Under the pieces are notes generated by a model, which was not told the origin of the DNA, ran no database searches, and saw nothing but the letters and a program-made list of their open reading frames with translations. Position numbers and translations under genes: made by a program. From Candidatus Heimdallarchaeum endolithica (GTDB lineage: Archaea; Asgardarchaeota; Heimdallarchaeia; Heimdallarchaeales; Heimdallarchaeaceae), in NCBI GenBank assembly GCA_021513715.1, contig CP084167.1, forward strand, positions 3,232,001-3,296,000: DNA of 64,000 bases, read 5' to 3'. Below, in pieces: positions 9,291 to 18,514 of the stretch (its first letter is position 1; each line of letters starts with the position of its first letter).

Positions 9291-10139
9291 ATGAACTTCT
9301 TTAGTTATTTACCTTATTTAAACAGAGAAAATACAAGCTGGTTATTCAAAAAAAGTGAAAAAATAGAGGAGATTACAGATGAAGATTTCGTCTTTCAACT
9401 AAAGAAAGTTCTGAACTCTGAAACTCTAACTAGCTCACAAAAAAGGAAAATTTGGCAAATCTCAATGGAGAATTTGTTTTTTGGTGAAATGCATCGTAGT
9501 TTCATTTTTACTCCGACATCTAAATTTCTTAAAACAACAGATATAAAGACTGCAATAAACAAAAAACTCCAAGCAATAACTAAAGAAGAGAAGATGGCTT
9601 GTTCTCCTATATATGTATCAATGATGGAAAAAAAACCTTTACACTTTCTTATTTCATTCTCTCTCGAAAAAGCTACAAATTTTGAAAAATTTCTTGAGAT
9701 TCCCTTAAGTAGACATTTGGTTTTTAATATCTTCCCTGAAAAAGGTTTTTGCACTTTTTGGCCGTTAGATAAGGATGTTAAACTTAAAGTTGCATTGAAA
9801 TTAATTAATGATCTCTTCTCTGATACAAAAGAGATTAGAGTAAATGCTCTTCTATTACGCAAGTTTTCTACCCAAGATCAAATGAAAAGGATGGTTATTT
9901 CTACTCCTCCCGAAATAGCGGGTTTTTCTGGTTTAGATACAATAGAATTCTATGGTTCAGATGTGATGTTAGGTTTATCTGGACTAAAAAGAAGACATGA
10001 TGCTAACGTGGAAAAAATTACTAGAGTTGGACCATTAACAGATTTAGAATCTGATAATATAAGGTTAAAAGCAGGGAAAGGTGTGCAAGTAAAAAATTAT
10101 TCTGCTATTGATAAACTTCTTACAGTTGTTAAAACATAA
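9291..10139 (+). CDS. hypothetical protein
   Basis: 282-aa ORF; no secure family assignment. Confidence 0.7.
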   Translation: MNFFSYLPYLNRENTSWLFKKSEKIEEITDEDFVFQLKKVLNSETLTSSQKRKIWQISMENLFFGEMHRSFIFTPTSKFLKTTDIKTAINKKLQAITKEEKMACSPIYVSMMEKKPLHFLISFSLEKATNFEKFLEIPLSRHLVFNIFPEKGFCTFWPLDKDVKLKVALKLINDLFSDTKEIRVNALLLRKFSTQDQMKRMVISTPPEIAGFSGLDTIEFYGSDVMLGLSGLKRRHDANVEKITRVGPLTDLESDNIRLKAGKGVQVKNYSAIDKLLTVVKT

Positions 10140-10202
10140 CCTTTATTTGTTCCGTTCTTTTCTCTTCCTAAAGGTAAACTTGAAAGAAAAGTATAGGCGT
10201 AT

Positions 10203-10220
10203 CGAAAGTTTTTTTATAAA
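10203..10220 (+). promoter_or_regulatory. putative BRE + TATA box for the por operon
   Basis: CGAAAG followed by TTTATAAA, about 37 nt upstream of the porG ATG; AGGAG RBS in between. Confidence 0.5.
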
Positions 10221-10256
10221 ACTACTAAATGTAAAACAAAAAAGGAGTAAGATAAC

Positions 10257-10811
10257 ATGATTGAACTACTTCAAATAAGTAGAGGTGGATCTGGAGGCGT
10301 TACAGGAGCTAAAATTTTAGCTGAAGCTGCAATGTATGAAGGACTAGACTCACAAGCTATCCCTAAATATGGGGCTGAAAGAAGAGGAGCTAAAGTTGAA
10401 GCTTACGTTCGTTTTGACACATCCCCTATAAGGATACACAGTCCAGTCTACAACCCAACACACGCTATGGTATTAGATTCATCACTCATCAAGAGTTTAG
10501 AAATAGACAAAGTTAGTAAAGATGGAATTATTATGATAAATTCCTCTCATATTCCTGATTTTCTTAAAGGAACAAACAGAAAAGTAGCTTACGTTGACGC
10601 TACTAGTATCTCAAAGGAACTAGGTTTAGTCGTAAGTGGTTTCACTCTTACAAACGTAACAATGTTAGGTTGTTTTGCGAAAGCGACAGGAATAATAAAA
10701 ATTGAAAACATAGAAAAAGCAATCGAGAAAACACTAGGCGCGAAAATTGCACCAAAAAATATCGAGGCTGCAAGACGCGCTTATGAAAAAACAAAGGTGG
10801 AAATAGCATGA
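10257..10811 (+). CDS. porG: pyruvate/2-oxoacid:ferredoxin oxidoreductase gamma subunit
   Basis: RGGSGGVT, YGAERRGA, NVTMLG. Confidence 0.92.
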   Translation: MIELLQISRGGSGGVTGAKILAEAAMYEGLDSQAIPKYGAERRGAKVEAYVRFDTSPIRIHSPVYNPTHAMVLDSSLIKSLEIDKVSKDGIIMINSSHIPDFLKGTNRKVAYVDATSISKELGLVVSGFTLTNVTMLGCFAKATGIIKIENIEKAIEKTLGAKIAPKNIEAARRAYEKTKVEIA

Positions 10812-11083
10812 CAGAAAAAGAACCAAGTATGCCAATTTTATATCCAATAGAAGGAGCTGCAGGTTTAACTGGTGATTGGAGAACACAAAGACCAATCGTT
10901 GACCCAGAAAAATGTAAAATGTGTAATATCTGTTGGCAATATTGCCCAGACTTAGCAATAACTGCAGCAAATAAAGATGAAAATAAAGTGATTGTATTTG
11001 ATTATACTTATTGCAAAGGATGTGGAATTTGCGCCAGTGAATGTCCTTTTGGAGCAATTCATATGGAAAAAGAGGTGGACTAA
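10808..11083 (+). CDS. porD: pyruvate/2-oxoacid:ferredoxin oxidoreductase delta subunit (2x[4Fe-4S])
   Basis: TGDWRTQRP and two CxxCxxCxxxCP motifs. Confidence 0.93.
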   Translation: MTEKEPSMPILYPIEGAAGLTGDWRTQRPIVDPEKCKMCNICWQYCPDLAITAANKDENKVIVFDYTYCKGCGICASECPFGAIHMEKEVD

Positions 11084-12214
11084 ATGGCTGAAGAAGTAGT
11101 TATGTTAACGGGTAATCATTCAGTATCTGAAGCAGTAAAGAGAGTTAAACCTGATGTGATTGCTGCATACCCTATAACTCCCCAAACAGCAATTATAGAG
11201 TATTTAAGTAAACTAGTAGATTCTGGGGAAATGGATAGCCATTTTATTAGAGTAGAATCTGAACATTCTGCTTTAGCAGCTGTTGCTGGAGCATCATGGG
11301 CAGGAGCAAGAACTTTTACAGCAACAAGTAGTCAAGGATTACTATATATGGGAGAATGGGTTTTCTGGACAGGTTATGCCCGCTTACCAGTCGTAATGGC
11401 TGTTGTAAATAGATGTTTGGCTCCTGGGTGGAGTATATGGGTAGATTTACAAGACTCGATGGCCTTTAGAGACGCAGGTTGGATACAAATTTACAATAAA
11501 AATAATCAAGAGGTATTTGATACAACAATTCAATCCTACAAAATAGCAGAAAGTAAAGATATAGCTTTACCAGTCATGCCTTGTTTAGATGGATTTGTTC
11601 TCAGCCACACAAGTTCCAAAGTAATTCTAAGTGACCCTGAAGAGGTTTATAATTTTGTTGGAGATTATTCTGATCCAATTATCGAAATTGATACTGGAAA
11701 ACCTTTTGCTTATGGTTCAATTGTTATGCCAGATAAATACAATAAAGATAGAAAAGATCTGATGGAAGCAATGGAAAGAGCTAAAGCTAAAATAAAAGCG
11801 GTAAATAAAGAGTTTTCTGAGACTTTTGGTAGAACTTATGGTAATGGTCTAATAGAAAAATACGGTGATGATGACGCTGATTTAACAATTGTTGGTATTG
11901 GTACAATGGCTGATGAAACACAACAAGCGATTGACATGCTTACTTCAGAGGGTTTAAAAGTAAATTCTGTCAGAGTCAGAACATTTAGACCTTTCCCAAC
12001 AGAAGATATAATTGATATCGCTAAAAAGAATCATAAGTTACTTGTAATCGATAGGTCAGTAAGTTTTGGACATGAAGGACATTTGCAAATGGAAATAGAG
12101 TCAGTACTAAAACGAAATAGCATTGACACTCCTGTCATAGGAAAGGTGATGGGACTAGGCGGAGAAGACGTTCCATATACTCGTATCGCTAAAGTAGCGA
12201 AGGAGAATCTGTGA
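11084..12214 (+). CDS. porA: pyruvate/2-oxoacid:ferredoxin oxidoreductase alpha subunit
   Basis: YPITPQT, VESEHSA, ATSSQGL. Confidence 0.93.
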   Translation: MAEEVVMLTGNHSVSEAVKRVKPDVIAAYPITPQTAIIEYLSKLVDSGEMDSHFIRVESEHSALAAVAGASWAGARTFTATSSQGLLYMGEWVFWTGYARLPVVMAVVNRCLAPGWSIWVDLQDSMAFRDAGWIQIYNKNNQEVFDTTIQSYKIAESKDIALPVMPCLDGFVLSHTSSKVILSDPEEVYNFVGDYSDPIIEIDTGKPFAYGSIVMPDKYNKDRKDLMEAMERAKAKIKAVNKEFSETFGRTYGNGLIEKYGDDDADLTIVGIGTMADETQQAIDMLTSEGLKVNSVRVRTFRPFPTEDIIDIAKKNHKLLVIDRSVSFGHEGHLQMEIESVLKRNSIDTPVIGKVMGLGGEDVPYTRIAKVAKENL

Positions 12215-12215
12215 G

Positions 12216-13127
12216 GTGAAAAGAATGCCAACAACACTTAAAGATTTAATGAATAATCCTAAAGAAGCATTACTTAAAGGTCATTTTGCTTGTGCAGGAT
12301 GCGGAAGCGCTTTAGCTTTTCGCCATGCAATAGGAGCAATAGCTGATAAAGCAGTTGTGGTAATTCCTGCTTGTTGTACATCAGTATATCAAGGATTTGG
12401 AAGAGGAGTAGCTTTTGACGTTCCAACAATAAATGTTGCTTTTGCCTCTTCTGATGCAGTTGCTGCAGGAATCAAACATGCAATGGAGAAAAAAGGAAAA
12501 GAAGCACATGTAGTAGCTTGGGCAGGAGATGGAGGTACAGCAGACATAGGAATCGCTACTCTTATTGGTGCTTGTGATAGACAAGATAACATACTACATA
12601 TAATGTATAGTAATAATGTCTATAGTAACACAGGTGGACAAAGAAGTGGAGACACCCCTATTGGAGCAAGAACAACCACTACACCTTTTGGTAATAAAGC
12701 ACAAAGGAAAATGGTTCCTTTCATAATGATGGCTAATAATGCAAGTTATGTTGCTACAGCTTCAGTAGCCTATATACCTGATCTTGTTGATAAAGTGAAA
12801 AAGGCAATAAGCTATGATGGTTTCAAATTCATTGAAATCGATGCTAGTTGCCCTGTAGCATGGAAATCAGATTCTGCTGACTCTATCAAAGTTGCAAGAT
12901 TAGCTGTAGAAACAGGTGTGTGGCCACTGTTTGAATGGGACAATAAATCAAATAAAGCTGTCTTAAGTAAAAGAGGAAGCAAGTTTAGAAATAAAGAAAA
13001 TAGAAAACCAATTGAAGAATGGTTAAATATTCAAGGAAGATTCAAAGGAATGTCTGATGAAGAGATTAAAAACCTCTATGCTGATGTTGATCGTCAATGG
13101 ACTTTCCTCGAAAAATTCCTAGAATAA
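12216..13127 (+). CDS. porB: pyruvate/2-oxoacid:ferredoxin oxidoreductase beta subunit (TPP-binding)
   Basis: CAGCG, GDGGTADIG, NTGGQRS; substrate specificity (POR vs VOR) cannot be determined. Confidence 0.92.
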   Translation: MKRMPTTLKDLMNNPKEALLKGHFACAGCGSALAFRHAIGAIADKAVVVIPACCTSVYQGFGRGVAFDVPTINVAFASSDAVAAGIKHAMEKKGKEAHVVAWAGDGGTADIGIATLIGACDRQDNILHIMYSNNVYSNTGGQRSGDTPIGARTTTTPFGNKAQRKMVPFIMMANNASYVATASVAYIPDLVDKVKKAISYDGFKFIEIDASCPVAWKSDSADSIKVARLAVETGVWPLFEWDNKSNKAVLSKRGSKFRNKENRKPIEEWLNIQGRFKGMSDEEIKNLYADVDRQWTFLEKFLE

Positions 13128-13186
13128 TTTTTTTTCTATTTACCTTTATCGATGTTTTTTAATAATGATTAGTAAATTTAGTATTA

Positions 13187-13834
13187 GTGTCTAACTTGGA
13201 TAATAATTCTAAAACTGAAGAGCTCTACAGTATGATTGTAGGTTTTATTGAAAGCGCAATAAAGCTAAAAAGCCTACCAAGGCAAGGATGGATTAGAGTA
13301 GGTATTCCGCTATCAGTAGTTGAAAGTGTAGCTGATCACTGCTACAACACAGCAATGTTGTCTTTACTTTTAGTAGACCTACACAACGAACTTTACAAAG
13401 ATGAACAACTTTCTTCAGAACTAGTGATGAGAATCGCTATTGTTCATGATTTACCAGAATGTAAATATCAAGATTTTGATAAACAAGTAGAAATCTTGGT
13501 TGGAAAAGACCATTACCTAGAATTTAAGACGCAGATTCTAACAAATGCAAGCAATGAATTACTTTCACTAATTCTAAATGAAAATGTGAAAGAGTTATGG
13601 AAAAAAACATTAGATGATGTTATTGTTAAGTCCTCAAGAGAAGCTAAATTTGTTAGCTATGTAGATAAATTAGAAGTAATTGTTCAAGCCTTAGCCTATG
13701 AGAAACAGGGTTATAACCCCAGAATTTTTGATGAATATTGGAACACTTCGTTAGACTATCTCAGTTCTTGTACTTTTGAAGTGATAAACAACCTTATTCC
13801 TCAATTAAAACAAGCTAGATTGCAAAACTTCTAG
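13187..13834 (+). CDS. HD-domain 5'-deoxynucleotidase (YfbR/HDDC2 family)
   Basis: LK.LPRQGW, ESVADH, HDLPE, DKLE. Confidence 0.88.
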   Translation: MSNLDNNSKTEELYSMIVGFIESAIKLKSLPRQGWIRVGIPLSVVESVADHCYNTAMLSLLLVDLHNELYKDEQLSSELVMRIAIVHDLPECKYQDFDKQVEILVGKDHYLEFKTQILTNASNELLSLILNENVKELWKKTLDDVIVKSSREAKFVSYVDKLEVIVQALAYEKQGYNPRIFDEYWNTSLDYLSSCTFEVINNLIPQLKQARLQNF

Positions 13835-13955
13835 TTTTTTTTAAATAAATTAAAATGCACTTTTTTCCTTCTTAAATAATTTTAAATAGCAAAAAAGTTT
13901 AATAGTTTTAGATAAAATTTACTTTATAGCTAATTATAACAATTGATGATGAAAC

Positions 13956-15137
13956 ATGGACTTAGAAGATAAATACAACGAACTTCAAGTTTCTCCTTTT
14001 AATATCCCTTTTCTCCGTGATTTAGGAATTAAAGTTGTTGCTATTGTAAACTTCGACATACTCTTCGGTCCAGTCTGTTTTTTGAAAGAACTTTCTAGTT
14101 CATCTTTCGGTAAGAAATTAAAAAAAGTTGATATGTTAGCAGAACTTTATACAGGTTTTGCTAGAACTGATATTGATGTTATTACTACTCTAGATGAGAA
14201 GGTAATTGTGAGCAGTTACACAGAAAAACTGGAAACAAGTGAAGTTACGTCTCTTCTTTTCCTTGTTTGTGTTCCTTCTGCTGATACTGAAAAACTGGTT
14301 CAATATTGTCGTTCTCTAACAAAGAGAATAAAGGGAGAACCTGAAAAATTTAATTCTGCTTTATCCTTTATTATTGAGCAAGAAAGAAAGAAAAGTCATT
14401 CACTAATTATTGAACGAAATGGAACTAGAATAAAAGGATTGAATATTAATGACGCAAGTATTGTGTCAGGTAATGAGTTCTTTAATTTCAATGGTTTTTT
14501 ATTTATTGATTATAACCGTGCAGAAGTAGATGGAAGATTTTTCCCAAAAAGAGTAAATGAAAAAAAGGTTGATTTTAGAGCACTTGTAAAGTTTATTGAC
14601 ACTCAGAAAAATGAAGCTGAATTATCTTTTGGAGAGTTAATCACACTCTACTATAAGGGGTTAGAACTGCTCATTTACTTGCATAACACTGGAGCAATTA
14701 TGGTCGGAACAAAGAAATTGAGATCAAGGATTAATTATAATTTTATCAATAAATGGTTTTTCAATTTTTTTGATGTTTATTTAGGTGTTCATGGAGTTCC
14801 AGAAGAGAAAGGAACACTAGAAACTCTAAAATATTTAGATAGAGAAATCTCTGGAGAACCTAAAAGATTCATTATTTCAGAACTTATAGATTTAATGATT
14901 AATTCAGAGAAATCCACTCCAGAACTTTTAGTTAACCCCTCTTCAATAAGAAAGAGAGGGTGGATAAGTTTAAGGACAGAATATGAACTCTTCTTGGAAT
15001 ATTTAGGACTTTTCAATGGAGAACTTTCAATATATAAAATTTCTCAAGAAATGTCTGTACCCCTTTCCAAAGTTGTAGAGTTTATAATTTTTCTTAAATC
15101 AAGAAACTTACTTGAAGTTTATAAGAAAAAAAGATAA
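13956..15137 (+). CDS. uDENN/NPRL2-like longin protein with C-terminal winged helix
   Basis: AIVNFDILFGP hairpin motif; C-terminal FNGELSIYKISQEMSVPL..V...I..L wHTH. Confidence 0.55.
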   Translation: MDLEDKYNELQVSPFNIPFLRDLGIKVVAIVNFDILFGPVCFLKELSSSSFGKKLKKVDMLAELYTGFARTDIDVITTLDEKVIVSSYTEKLETSEVTSLLFLVCVPSADTEKLVQYCRSLTKRIKGEPEKFNSALSFIIEQERKKSHSLIIERNGTRIKGLNINDASIVSGNEFFNFNGFLFIDYNRAEVDGRFFPKRVNEKKVDFRALVKFIDTQKNEAELSFGELITLYYKGLELLIYLHNTGAIMVGTKKLRSRINYNFINKWFFNFFDVYLGVHGVPEEKGTLETLKYLDREISGEPKRFIISELIDLMINSEKSTPELLVNPSSIRKRGWISLRTEYELFLEYLGLFNGELSIYKISQEMSVPLSKVVEFIIFLKSRNLLEVYKKKR

Positions 15138-15199
15138 AAGAATTTTTATAGTTTGTCGAAATTATTATTAACATTAAAAAAACTTGAAAGTGTAGTATT

Positions 15200-16198
15200 A
15201 TGAGCAGATTTTCTCTTAAACTAGAAATATCAGAACAAGAATTAAATAAAAAAATAGAAACTTTGAAGAAAATATCCGCTCTTATAGCTTCCAAAATACT
15301 AAAAGAACTGAAAATTTATGATTTACTTCAGAGACCTAGATCACCTGAAGAAGTTTTCCACATGAATAATTATGTAGGGCTAGAAAAAGATTTTCATTAC
15401 ATTTTTGAAATTTTAGCTGATATGAAACTCCTAGAAAAACAAGGAGAATTTTATCAAGAAGGACCAACAAGAATTAGTTTAGAGAAAAAATATCAAAATG
15501 AAATATTAGAAGAAAATAATGATATATTTAATTCTATAAACTACCTTTTTGAGAAAATAAATTCAAAATACATAAGCATCTTGAAAGGAGAGCAAGGAAA
15601 ATTAAATACTAAAGAATTAATAAATTTTCTAGATTGTTTATATGGCTCAGAATTCGTATTTATGATAAGAGAACTGTTTTTTAAACAATTAACGACTAGA
15701 GTAAGCATTTTCTCTGAAACTACTAAATTAAATATTTTAAATTGGGGAGTAGGTTCAGGATATGATGCAGTACACATTGCTGATTTTTTCGGTTTAAGAG
15801 CTTCAATTATAAGTATTGAACCTGACAATGAAGTTTACAGAGGAAAAGTATTACAAGATTTGTATGAGATTTATAACCTTGATTTTGTTGAAAGATCTGA
15901 CCTAGAAATTTCACTTTTGTCTGGGACTATTGATCTATTCTTTGGAACAGGAATATTCTTTTTTGAAAATTTTTCTGATACGGTGAAAATTATTAAGAAA
16001 TTACTCAAAGATGAAGGGTTCTTTGCCTTGATTATTAATAAGAATATAGACTTAGCGACAAAATGGGTTTTCTCATTATTTGATAACTATAAAGTTACAG
16101 AAGATACAGACTCCCTTATAGCCAAATTCAAACATAATGGTTTTTCTAGAATAAAATACGTGGGTTTGAATGACAGTTTTGTATTATTGCAAAAATAA
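15200..16198 (+). CDS. wHTH + class I SAM-dependent methyltransferase-like protein
   Basis: ILNWGVGSG motif I variant, ISIEPD, KKLLKDEGFF; N-terminal HTH. Confidence 0.7.
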   Translation: MSRFSLKLEISEQELNKKIETLKKISALIASKILKELKIYDLLQRPRSPEEVFHMNNYVGLEKDFHYIFEILADMKLLEKQGEFYQEGPTRISLEKKYQNEILEENNDIFNSINYLFEKINSKYISILKGEQGKLNTKELINFLDCLYGSEFVFMIRELFFKQLTTRVSIFSETTKLNILNWGVGSGYDAVHIADFFGLRASIISIEPDNEVYRGKVLQDLYEIYNLDFVERSDLEISLLSGTIDLFFGTGIFFFENFSDTVKIIKKLLKDEGFFALIINKNIDLATKWVFSLFDNYKVTEDTDSLIAKFKHNGFSRIKYVGLNDSFVLLQK

Positions 16199-16253
16199 AA
16201 AAATACAAAATGAAATAAAATAAAGTAAAAAAATATTAAATTAATTTTTTATT

Positions 16254-17432
16254 CTATTTCTTTTTTGATTCTCCAAGTTTAGATTTTTCAGCTAACTCTG
16301 GAATTATTTGTAGAAAAGGCGTAATTGAATTTGCAATTGTTGAAAATGCATCCTCCTTAGAGCCTGTAACTATCATTTTATCTATTTCTAAGTTTTGGTA
16401 AATCTCTGGTAATCTTGAAATAATCATTTCTTGGAAGAAGCGGTTATCAGCTTTTGCTAGAGCTTGTATTCTTGCTAAGATACCTTCAGCTTCTGCTTTT
16501 CTAGCTTCTAAAATCATAGCTGCTTCACCTTTTGCTCTAGATTCTAGTTCAAATTGCTTTGCAGCAGCCATTCTACGGATTTTTTCAGCTTCAACGTCAA
16601 CCTCTGATGCAATTTTTCTGTATTTCTCTGCATTAGCTTCGATTTCAACCTTTGTTTGATAGGTTTTAGCTTCTACTTCTGTCCTCTTCTTTTCAAGTTC
16701 TTGAATCTTTATTTCTCTGTCTTTTTGTTTTGTTTCGATGTCTAGCTGTACTCCTTGTCTCTCCATTTCTACTTTTCGTTGAACTTCTAAGTCTCTAAGT
16801 TTAGTGGTTTCTTCCATGTCTGCTTTCTTTAATCTAGCAAGTTTTTCTTGTTCTATTTTCATAATGGCACTGACATTATCTTTTAATTTAGGATCTATAA
16901 TCTCAATTTCTCTAATTTCAACGCTTTCAACTATTAAACCCCAATCTCTTGTTAATGTGTGCAATTCTTTGATTACTGACTCAATTATTGCTTGTCTATC
17001 ACGTATAATCTTTTCTAGTTGCATATTAGCAGTAACAGTCCTAATAATAGATTCTGTAGCATTTTTGATTATATTTTCGACATAAGCAGGAGAGGCTTGG
17101 TCCCATACAACCCTAGCAAAAGCAACTTCTGGGTCAACAACTCTCCAAAAAACAAAAGCAGTTACTGATATCTCTTGAAATTCTCTGCTAACTACTTTTT
17201 CTTTTGCTTCCAAAAAAGTAGATTGTGTAGTTACTGGAATCGTTCTAATCTCATCGATTAAAGGTAAAACCACAGCTTTTCCTCCTTGTCCTGCTCTGAT
17301 AACCTTTCCTCCACGAAAATGAATGACGTAAAAACTAGTATCGAATCTACGATAACGAGATGCGTAAAACATCAATCCAAGAACAACTAAAACAACTATT
17401 CCAATAATTAAATAAACATACCATGCGGCCAT
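16254..17432 (-). CDS. SPFH/flotillin family protein
   Basis: N-terminal TM, band-7 domain, EA-rich coiled coil (KAEAEG). Confidence 0.9.
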   Translation of the reverse strand: MAAWYVYLIIGIVVLVVLGLMFYASRYRRFDTSFYVIHFRGGKVIRAGQGGKAVVLPLIDEIRTIPVTTQSTFLEAKEKVVSREFQEISVTAFVFWRVVDPEVAFARVVWDQASPAYVENIIKNATESIIRTVTANMQLEKIIRDRQAIIESVIKELHTLTRDWGLIVESVEIREIEIIDPKLKDNVSAIMKIEQEKLARLKKADMEETTKLRDLEVQRKVEMERQGVQLDIETKQKDREIKIQELEKKRTEVEAKTYQTKVEIEANAEKYRKIASEVDVEAEKIRRMAAAKQFELESRAKGEAAMILEARKAEAEGILARIQALAKADNRFFQEMIISRLPEIYQNLEIDKMIVTGSKEDAFSTIANSITPFLQIIPELAEKSKLGESKKK

Positions 17433-17611
17433 TTTTCTTTCTCCTCAGTTAGATTCAAGATGTGTTTAGTAATACACTTTTTTAAAGGTATTCAAATAAA
17501 TGGAGTAAGCAAGGATTTAAAAAATTAAAATTTTATTTATTTTCTTTTTTCATATCCTTTTTTACATTTATTTTAAAAATAATTTTACTTTAAAAAGAAA
17601 AAAAAAGAAAT

Positions 17612-18370
17612 TTAAACTCTATCTACTAAATAATTGTTGTTTTTAAAAGCGACTATTCTTACTTTTTCTCCTTTCTTGAATTTATCAAAAGGACTAAAGG
17701 TTTTAGCATGAAGTTTTGTTAACCCTATGTTATGCCCTAAGTCAACTACAATAACTCCTCCTTTAGAATCAACTGAAACAAAAACATCAGCTATTTCACC
17801 AATAAGCTGTTCCCCCTTTGGAATAGGAATAGAAGTAGTTGCAGAAAGTTTTTTCCAAGTTTTTGATAAAATCCAGGCTAAGAAGTAAGGGACAATAAAA
17901 ACACTCACTATACGAATAATTCGTAAACTAAGATAGTCAGAAGAGATTCGAAGTGTAGAAACTCCTAAAATGCCAAAAATAAGGAAATAGGTTGACATTA
18001 AGAGAAATAATGGCGCTGAAGAACGAGTAATATCAATACTTTCAACCACAGCACTTGGAGTTTTGTGAGGTGCAAGGTCAGAAACATCGCCACCATCACT
18101 GGGAACTTCATGATCTCCTATATCATGACTTATATCGTGTCCTCCTATATCATGACTTATATCGTGTCCTCCTATATCATGACTTATATCATGTCCTCCA
18201 AAAGCTTCAGTGATATTTTCAATATTGAGGACGAATGAGAGAATAACAAGTAATGTTCCACTAATTAGTAAAGCTAAAGCTATATTCCATAATATTGTTT
18301 CAAAATTAAGTAAAAATTCTGGATTCAATTTCTTCTTCCTCTTTTTCCTTTTTGAATAAAAATAGGACAT
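17612..18370 (-). CDS. NfeD-like (YqiJ/YuaF-type) membrane protein with His/Asp-rich repeat loop
   Basis: 3 TMs, C-terminal OB-like NfeD domain (LIGE.A.V...KKGEKVRIV), upstream of flotillin; true start may lie downstream of 18370. Confidence 0.8.
   Translation of the reverse strand: MSYFYSKRKKRKKKLNPEFLLNFETILWNIALALLISGTLLVILSFVLNIENITEAFGGHDISHDIGGHDISHDIGGHDISHDIGDHEVPSDGGDVSDLAPHKTPSAVVESIDITRSSAPLFLLMSTYFLIFGILGVSTLRISSDYLSLRIIRIVSVFIVPYFLAWILSKTWKKLSATTSIPIPKGEQLIGEIADVFVSVDSKGGVIVVDLGHNIGLTKLHAKTFSPFDKFKKGEKVRIVAFKNNNYLVDRV
18119..18199. repeat. 3 x 27-bp in-frame tandem repeat encoding GGHDISHDI
   Basis: Unit tatatcatgacttatatcgtgtcctcc at 18119, 18146 and 18173 (third copy has one mismatch). 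Confidence 0.95.
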
Positions 18371-18514
18371 GGTGATTTAAAAATCTTGATAAATAAATTT
18401 TATTAAAAAAAAAAGACTGATTTTTGAAAAGCATCAAAATGAGTTAAAATAAAAAAGTTCATTTGATACATACAACTATTTATCTTAAGAAATAATACAC
18501 TGGATCTGACTTAA

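Noticed and set aside
18119-18199. 27-bp direct repeats as a CRISPR array
   Set aside because: The units are contiguous with no spacers, in frame within a CDS, and no cas genes are present
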